DNA of 64,000 nt from Nitrospirota bacterium (GTDB lineage: Bacteria; Nitrospirota; Nitrospiria; JACQBZ01): contig JACQBZ010000020.1 in NCBI GenBank assembly GCA_016194285.1, positions 1,994 through 65,993 of the forward strand. Reading direction: 5' to 3'. Under the pieces are notes generated by a model. The model was not told the origin of the DNA, ran no database searches, and saw only the letters and a list, made by a program, of their open reading frames with translations. This document shows, one piece after another, positions 58,021 through 64,000 of the stretch (position 1 is the stretch's first letter; each line of letters starts with the position of its first letter). The position numbers were made by a program, and so were the translations under genes.

Positions 58021-58947
58021 ATGGAAAGACCATCCGTACATCCCATCCCGATTAACGAACCCGTCTCACCCTCGATAACCGATTCCGAATCGATTCGCTC
58101 GGGTGACGAGGTCCAGGCCCGAAAACAGTTTCCCTGGGTCAATCTGCTGCTCTTTATCGCGACGATTTTTACGACGATCCTTGCCGGTGCCCTTCAACAG
58201 GGCGCAGAGGTCTTCCAACATCCGGCCGCACTGGTCCAAGGGATCCCTTTTTCTTTCACCCTGATGGCCATCCTCCTGACCCATGAGATGGGCCATTATC
58301 TCACCTCTCGCTACCACGGGGTAAGTGCCACCCTGCCCTATTTCATCCCGGCGCCGTCGATTATCGGAACCTTCGGCGCCTTCATTCGAATGACCTCGCC
58401 GATTCTGAGCAAGCGCGCGCTGATTGATATCGGCGCCTCCGGACCGATCGCCGGATTCGTTGTGGCGATCATCGCCGTGGCCGTCGGGCTGCACTATTCT
58501 CAGGTGGTCGAGGTTTCCACGCTCAAAGGCATAAAGCTCGGCACGCCGCTGATTTTTTCCATGATATCCGGTCTGACGATCGGCCCCGTCCCGGTTAATT
58601 ATGATGTGCTGTTGCATCCCATCGCATTTGCAGGCTGGATCGGGATGTTCGTCACGGCCTTAAACCTGATCCCGATCGGTCAACTGGACGGCGGTCATGT
58701 GGTCTACGCCGTCTTCGGCCGGCGGCATCGGACCCTTTCACTGGTCATGATTCCTACCCTGATCCTGCTCGGGATTTACGGTTGGCCGGGCTGGTTTCTC
58801 TGGGCCATCCTTCCGCTCATCTTTGGAATTAATCACCCTCCGGTGCTGGATTCCGACAGCCCTCTGGACCGCAGCCGGCAGATCATCGGATGGATCTCTC
58901 TCGCGATCTTCGTCCTGACCTTCACGCCAACCCCGTTTATGGGATAG
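58021..58947 (+). CDS. Site-2 protease (M50 family)
   Basis: HEMGH, GTFGAFI, SGPIAG, NLIPIGQLDGGH. Confidence 0.92.
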   Translation: MERPSVHPIPINEPVSPSITDSESIRSGDEVQARKQFPWVNLLLFIATIFTTILAGALQQGAEVFQHPAALVQGIPFSFTLMAILLTHEMGHYLTSRYHGVSATLPYFIPAPSIIGTFGAFIRMTSPILSKRALIDIGASGPIAGFVVAIIAVAVGLHYSQVVEVSTLKGIKLGTPLIFSMISGLTIGPVPVNYDVLLHPIAFAGWIGMFVTALNLIPIGQLDGGHVVYAVFGRRHRTLSLVMIPTLILLGIYGWPGWFLWAILPLIFGINHPPVLDSDSPLDRSRQIIGWISLAIFVLTFTPTPFMG

Positions 58948-59072
58948 TCGATCGTGGAACAGCTCAGCCCGTCACCCCTCTTCGATTCGACCCGCAAACC
59001 CTTGACAGCCGGCCTAAATTTGCTATTCTTAGAAAAGCGACGTCTCTTGAATAAGTGAATGGGTGGGATCGC

Positions 59073-60143
59073 ATGCCGATAGAAACCGAAAAGATCCTGA
59101 TCGTGGATGATGAGCCCAACATCCGAACGATCCTGTCTCGCCATCTCTCCAAAATCAGCTACCCCTGCACCATCGCTGAAAATTCGCAGCGCGCCATGGA
59201 GGTGTTGGAAACGGACCCTCATGCCCTGGTGATCACGGATATCCGAATGCCCGGACGGGACGGGGTTTGGCTTCTGGAAGCCTTGAAGGCCAAATGGCCT
59301 GATACCGCTGTCCTGATGATCACCGCGCTGGACGATTCCCAGATCGCGATCAATTGCCTCAAGCTGGGCGCGTACGACTACCTCATCAAGCCCCTTCATC
59401 TCGAGGAGGTGACGCTGGCGACCCAGAGCGCACTGGAAAAGAGGCGGCTGGTCATTGACAACAAACAATACCAGGAGGAACTTGAGGCCAAGGTCGTTGA
59501 GCGAACCGCCAAGCTTCAGGACGCGCTGGCGGACCTGGAGCTCAATTACGATCATACCCTGGAGGCGTTGGTGGCGGCGCTGGACGCGCGCGAGCACGAA
59601 ACCGGCAATCACTCGAAACGCGTCGCACAATACGCCCTTTTATTATCGGATTCCTTCGACATGTCCAAACTGGACCGCATGGACATCTATCGGGGGGCCT
59701 TCCTGCACGACATCGGGAAGATCGGCGTCTCCGATAACATTCTTCTCAAACCCGGCAAACTCACGGCCAATGAATGGACCGAAATGCAACGTCACCCTTC
59801 GATCGGATACAACATTCTCAAACAGATCGGTTTCTTAGACGGCGCCCTCAAAACGGTCGTCAGTCATCATGAACGGTTCGACGGGAAGGGGTATCCAAAG
59901 GGGCTTCGCGGCCAAGAGATTCCCCTGGGCGCGCGCATCTTTTCGGTTGCAGATGCCTTCGACACCATGACCACCGATCGGCCCTACCGCAAGGCGTTGA
60001 CGTATCCGGCCTCCCGGGACGAGATCCTCCGCTGCTCCGGCTCGCAATTTGATCCCAAAGTGGTCGAAGCCTTTCTGAAGATTACGGAGCGCGACTGGCT
60101 GGAGTGCCAGCGGTCGGGGCGGGATCCGCACTCAAAGAAATAG
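59073..60143 (+). CDS. Response regulator REC-HD-GYP
   Basis: ILIVDDE, ITDIRMPG, HSKRV, HDIGK, HHERFDGKGYP, DRPYRK. Confidence 0.92.
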   Translation: MPIETEKILIVDDEPNIRTILSRHLSKISYPCTIAENSQRAMEVLETDPHALVITDIRMPGRDGVWLLEALKAKWPDTAVLMITALDDSQIAINCLKLGAYDYLIKPLHLEEVTLATQSALEKRRLVIDNKQYQEELEAKVVERTAKLQDALADLELNYDHTLEALVAALDAREHETGNHSKRVAQYALLLSDSFDMSKLDRMDIYRGAFLHDIGKIGVSDNILLKPGKLTANEWTEMQRHPSIGYNILKQIGFLDGALKTVVSHHERFDGKGYPKGLRGQEIPLGARIFSVADAFDTMTTDRPYRKALTYPASRDEILRCSGSQFDPKVVEAFLKITERDWLECQRSGRDPHSKK

Positions 60144-60162
60144 CGCTTCCGTCCGGCCGGCC

Positions 60163-61482
60163 TTAAATTCCCGCCGGAGGTTGATTGCCCGCCTCAATTG
60201 CCGCCTTCCGAACATCCACACGCAGCAATAAAACCAGGCCCAAAATAAAAAAGATCACCAAGGAAACAATGGCGATACGATAGCTTCCGGTCAGCTGGAG
60301 CGATAGGCCAAAGAGGAGCGGTCCCAGCCAACTGGTTCCCCGTTCGCTCACCTCATACAGGCTGAAATATTCCGCCTCTTGGCCCCTCGGGATCATGAGC
60401 GAATAGACCGAACGGCTCAAGGCCTGACTGCCGCCCAGGACGATGCCGATGACGGCGGCCAGAATGAAAAAGTGGAGGGCGGTTTGCAGGAAGCCATAGG
60501 CGTAAATCAGACACCCGGTCCAGATCAAAAGACTGACCACGATGGCCTGTTTGCTGCCGATGCCTTTGGCGACGTAGTTGAAAAGGAGGGATCCGAAAAA
60601 AGCGACGAACTGCACCATCAAAATAACGGTCGTCAATGTGGAGATCGGCAACTTCAATTCTTCCTGGCCGAATTCCGAAGACAACGTGATCACCGTTTGG
60701 ATCCCGTCGTTATAAAACAGATAGGCCACGACAAAGAGCAGGGTCTGTGGGTAGGCCCGCACTTTACTGAGCGTGTGTCGAAGTTGTTTGAAACCGACCG
60801 TCAGATAGCTTTCCGTCGGCGGCAGCCGCTTGATCGGTTGTCGGCTTTTCAGCGTCACCAACGGGATGATCGTAAAAATCCCCCACCACACTCCGGCGGA
60901 AGCCAGACTGATGCGCACCGCTTGGCCGGTCGTCAGCCCGAAAACCCCGGCTTGTGAAAACAGGATCAGGTTCATCAGCAAGAGCAAACCGCCGCCCAGG
61001 TAACCGATCGCCCAGCCCATCGAGGAAACGGAGTCGCGCTGATCGGGGCTGGCGATCTCCGGCAGAAACGCGTTGTAGAAGACAACCGATGCGCCGAAGC
61101 TGACATTGGCAAAGATGAAGAGCGCCCCGCCCAGCAGATAGCGAGATCCGTACAGAAAATACATGCCCGTTGTGGCCAATGCGCCGAGATAGGCAAAGGC
61201 GGCCAGCAACTGCTTTTTGCGATGCGAGTAATCCGCGATCGCGCCCAAGACCGGCAGAAAGATCACCTGAAGCAGCACGGATAAAGAAACCACGTAGGGG
61301 AAGAACGATCCGGCATTCAAGCGGAGGCCGAAGAGGTCGAGGAACCCATCGGTACCGGCGGCCGATTTTACAAGGGTGGTGAGATACGGACCCAGGAAAA
61401 CCGTTACAACCGTCGTGGAGAAGGCGGAGTTGGCCCAGTCGTAAAAATACCACCCTCGCTGCTCGGAACGATGGTTCTTCAA
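60163..61482 (-). CDS. MFS transporter (UMF1/Atg22-like)
   Basis: WYFYDWANSAF, YNAFLP, NDGIQT, QALSRS, GPLLFG. Confidence 0.88.
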   Translation of the reverse strand: MKNHRSEQRGWYFYDWANSAFSTTVVTVFLGPYLTTLVKSAAGTDGFLDLFGLRLNAGSFFPYVVSLSVLLQVIFLPVLGAIADYSHRKKQLLAAFAYLGALATTGMYFLYGSRYLLGGALFIFANVSFGASVVFYNAFLPEIASPDQRDSVSSMGWAIGYLGGGLLLLMNLILFSQAGVFGLTTGQAVRISLASAGVWWGIFTIIPLVTLKSRQPIKRLPPTESYLTVGFKQLRHTLSKVRAYPQTLLFVVAYLFYNDGIQTVITLSSEFGQEELKLPISTLTTVILMVQFVAFFGSLLFNYVAKGIGSKQAIVVSLLIWTGCLIYAYGFLQTALHFFILAAVIGIVLGGSQALSRSVYSLMIPRGQEAEYFSLYEVSERGTSWLGPLLFGLSLQLTGSYRIAIVSLVIFFILGLVLLLRVDVRKAAIEAGNQPPAGI

Positions 61483-61543
61483 TGGGGAATCTCTGAAAGG
61501 GATCTATGATGACGAAACGATGACCGCCTTTGAACCTGTATCT

Positions 61544-62362
61544 TTATCGGCGAGGGCGCTCTTCCGATTCCAGAACTTCGATCATCTCCCGATGAATCTT
61601 GCCGTTGGTGGCCAGGATCTCCTTCAGGTATATTTGATACGGGCGATTTCCAAAATCGGTCACGGTCGCCCCGGCTTCGGTGGCGATCAGAAAACCCGCG
61701 GCCGTATCCCACGGCGAAAGCTTCATCTCCCAAAATCCGTCGAAGCGACCGCAGGCCACATAGCAGAGATCCAACGCGGCCGAACCGGTCCGCCTCACGC
61801 CCTGGGCCCGGAGGCTGAAGTTCGCGAAGTGATCCAAGTTGTTCATCAGGTCCTCCCGTACATCGTAGGCGAAGCCGGTCACGAGCAAACCGGCGTTGAG
61901 TTTTTCGACCTTTGAGACATGGATGCGGTGGCCGTTCCGGGTGGCCCCTTTCCCTTTTTCGGCCAAAAACATCTCCTCGCGCAACGGATCGTACACGACC
62001 CCCTGGACGATTTCGCCACGGATCTCCAGCCCGATGGAGACGCAGAACATCGGAAAGCTGTGCGCAAAGTTGGTGGTGCCGTCCAGCGGATCGACGATCC
62101 ACCTGTGATCGGATCCGATCGATTCGGCCGTGGCATGCTCGCCGCCCTCTTCGGCCAGGAACCGATGATCCGGAAACCGTTTGCGGATCGTTCGAACAAT
62201 GACCACTTCCGCCGCCCGGTCCGCCTCGGTCACCAGATTCACCTCGCCTTTGAAATCAATCCGAATCTCTGTCGCGAAGAACTTCCGAAGGACCTTCCCG
62301 GCCGCCCGGGCCGCCTGAATGGCCGTATTTCGCAAAATCCGTGGATGGGGTTCCGATCGCAT
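61544..62362 (-). CDS. suhB: Inositol-1-monophosphatase family protein
   Basis: NLVTEAD, LAEE, WIVDPLDGTTNF, RRTGSAALD, WDTAAG. Confidence 0.93.
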   Translation of the reverse strand: MRSEPHPRILRNTAIQAARAAGKVLRKFFATEIRIDFKGEVNLVTEADRAAEVVIVRTIRKRFPDHRFLAEEGGEHATAESIGSDHRWIVDPLDGTTNFAHSFPMFCVSIGLEIRGEIVQGVVYDPLREEMFLAEKGKGATRNGHRIHVSKVEKLNAGLLVTGFAYDVREDLMNNLDHFANFSLRAQGVRRTGSAALDLCYVACGRFDGFWEMKLSPWDTAAGFLIATEAGATVTDFGNRPYQIYLKEILATNGKIHREMIEVLESEERPRR

Positions 62363-62505
62363 AACGAAATCACTATACCACATCCCGATGAATTATGGAA
62401 AACGGCATCACCGATTTTTATGCTGTTCATTTCGAACCGAAATCTTTTATAATAAAAGCCAAGGCGGTATGACGCCACACGAAGACCGATCGATCCCCTA
62501 CGCTT

Positions 62506-63186
62506 ATGCGCATTCTCCTCATCGAAGATCAACAAGACCTAGCCGCGGTCGTTCAGAAAGGTCTTGAGGAACAGGGCTACAATGTCGATACCGCGCTCGA
62601 CGGCGAAGAAGGGCTGTACATGGCCGAAAACTTCCCGTCGGATGCGATCGTGTTGGATATCCTGCTGCCCAAAATGGACGGGCTCGCTCTGCTCGGCCGC
62701 ATACGGAAAAAAGGAATCCAAACCCCCGTTCTCCTTCTCACGGCCAAGGACGCTCTTTCAGACAAAATCAAAGGCCTGGATAGCGGTGCAGACGATTACC
62801 TGACCAAACCCTTCGCCTTCGCGGAGCTGCTGGCCCGGATACGGGCGCTCTTGCGCCGCAAGGCCGAGGGGAAAGAAGCCGTGCTGAAAATTGACGATCT
62901 GGAAATCGATACGGCGTCTCACGAAGTCCGGCGGGCCGAGCGGGTGATCCGGCTATCGGCACGAGAATTCGCCATTCTGCAATATCTTGCCTACCACAAC
63001 CATACGGTTGTCACTCGAACTCAGTTGATTGAACATATCTATCCCGAAGGCTTTGAATGGGATTCGAACATCGTGGATGTGTACATCAATCGTCTCCGGA
63101 ACAAGATCGATAAGGGATTTACAAAAAAATTGATCCACACCCTCCGGGGCACGGGATATCGGCTCAAAGACATATCATCCGAATGA
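62506..63186 (+). CDS. OmpR-family response regulator (CusR/CzcR-like)
   Basis: ILLIEDQ, LDILLP, GADDYLTKPF, winged helix, HTLRGTGY. Confidence 0.93.
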   Translation: MRILLIEDQQDLAAVVQKGLEEQGYNVDTALDGEEGLYMAENFPSDAIVLDILLPKMDGLALLGRIRKKGIQTPVLLLTAKDALSDKIKGLDSGADDYLTKPFAFAELLARIRALLRRKAEGKEAVLKIDDLEIDTASHEVRRAERVIRLSAREFAILQYLAYHNHTVVTRTQLIEHIYPEGFEWDSNIVDVYINRLRNKIDKGFTKKLIHTLRGTGYRLKDISSE

Positions 63187-63190
63187 GCTC

Positions 63191-64000
63191 ATGTTGACCT
63201 CCATCCAATCCAAGCTGATCGTCTGGTTCCTAACCGTTTTCTCGATCGTTCTGATCGGCCTCGGTTTCTTCCTGGATTATCAACTGTCGGAGATCGTGAT
63301 CGGTTCCGTGGACAGCCATCTCAACTCCGAGGTGCAATTCATCGCCGGACTTCTGCGCGTCGAGCAGCAACAAGGACCGTTGGAGACCGAGCTGTTGGAA
63401 TTTTCTCAGGCCGCAGTGGGAGAGTACTCGGTGGCGCTTTCGGGCCATTACTACCAGATCGTTTCATCCAACGGGAAGCTCCTCGTCCGTTCCCCCTCCC
63501 TGGCGATTCCGAACGCTTCCCTGCCGATCGAGGCGGAATCGTTGACGCCTTCCTACAAAACCATCGTGGGACCCGAGAAAACCCCCCTTCGCCTTCTGAA
63601 CCAATCGTTTCAATTGCCCACAGGGGTTTTGACCCTTCAGACCGCCGAATCCCTGGAAGAATCGTATAAACTTCTCGGCTCATTCCGAAAAATCATCCTG
63701 ATCGTTTTCCCGGTCTTATTTATCGTTTCCGGGATCGGGATTTGGATGATGATCGATCTATCCCTCCGGCCGTTGGAGCTCTTTTCAAAACAGATCGGAC
63801 AGATCACCGAAAAAAACCTCAACGAGCGAATGGACGAGAGAAGCGCCGCACGGGAATTACGGCCGCTGGCGGTCAGTTTCAATACCATGTTGGGACGATT
63901 GGAAGCGGCCTTTTCAAAGCAGGGCCAATTTCTATCGGATGCCTCTCATGAGCTCCGGACGCCCACATCGGTGATCAAGAGTTATTGCGATGTGACGCTC
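63191..64000 (+). CDS. Sensor histidine kinase, 3'-truncated by window edge
   Basis: Manual translation: MLTSIQSKLIVWF...2 TM, HAMP (SFNTMLGRLE), SDASHELRTP. Confidence 0.92.
   Translation, partial: MLTSIQSKLIVWFLTVFSIVLIGLGFFLDYQLSEIVIGSVDSHLNSEVQFIAGLLRVEQQQGPLETELLEFSQAAVGEYSVALSGHYYQIVSSNGKLLVRSPSLAIPNASLPIEAESLTPSYKTIVGPEKTPLRLLNQSFQLPTGVLTLQTAESLEESYKLLGSFRKIILIVFPVLFIVSGIGIWMMIDLSLRPLELFSKQIGQITEKNLNERMDERSAARELRPLAVSFNTMLGRLEAAFSKQGQFLSDASHELRTPTSVIKSYCDVTL

Noticed and set aside
61479-62102. 207-aa minus-strand ORF
   Set aside because: Alternate-frame shadow of suhB; low-complexity Arg/Gly product

Overview
A 64 kb chromosomal window from a GC-rich diderm bacterium. LPS heptose genes, a TonB receptor and a complete Pup-proteasome locus together suggest Nitrospirota (inference). 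Housekeeping content: gmhA/rfaE2, mfd, three PPIases, engB, a split opp/dpp ABC transporter, thiS-G-E and thiD with a TPP riboswitch, arc-dop-pup-prcB-prcA-pafA, secG-tpiA-pgk-gap, PBP1A, yifB/comM, suhB, and a two-component pair cut by the right edge. Points of interest: (1) a tightly packed 7-gene c-di-GMP/two-component operon (8.4-18.1 kb), led by a MerR-HTH fused to a degenerate GGDEF domain with an intact RxxD I-site, and containing a TonB receptor plus an orphan periplasmic binding protein; (2) a decayed WYL-cas3 locus (19.0-21.3 kb) that the ORF track does not show, with two Cas3-like 5' stubs, each behind the same TGAC-N7-GTCA/N11/-10 promoter and each back-to-back with a Phd-RelE TA module; (3) an AT-rich ArsR-3xSRPBCC islet with an integrase remnant; (4) a Com-like zinc-ribbon gene; (5) a TPP riboswitch with an 88-nt P3a hairpin; (6) a tusA-dsrE-dsrE-Zn finger-CAAX-RDD operon; (7) several GTAG REP-like hairpins. 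No CRISPR array, tRNA or rRNA was seen. All protein calls come from motif recognition by eye; no database searches were run.
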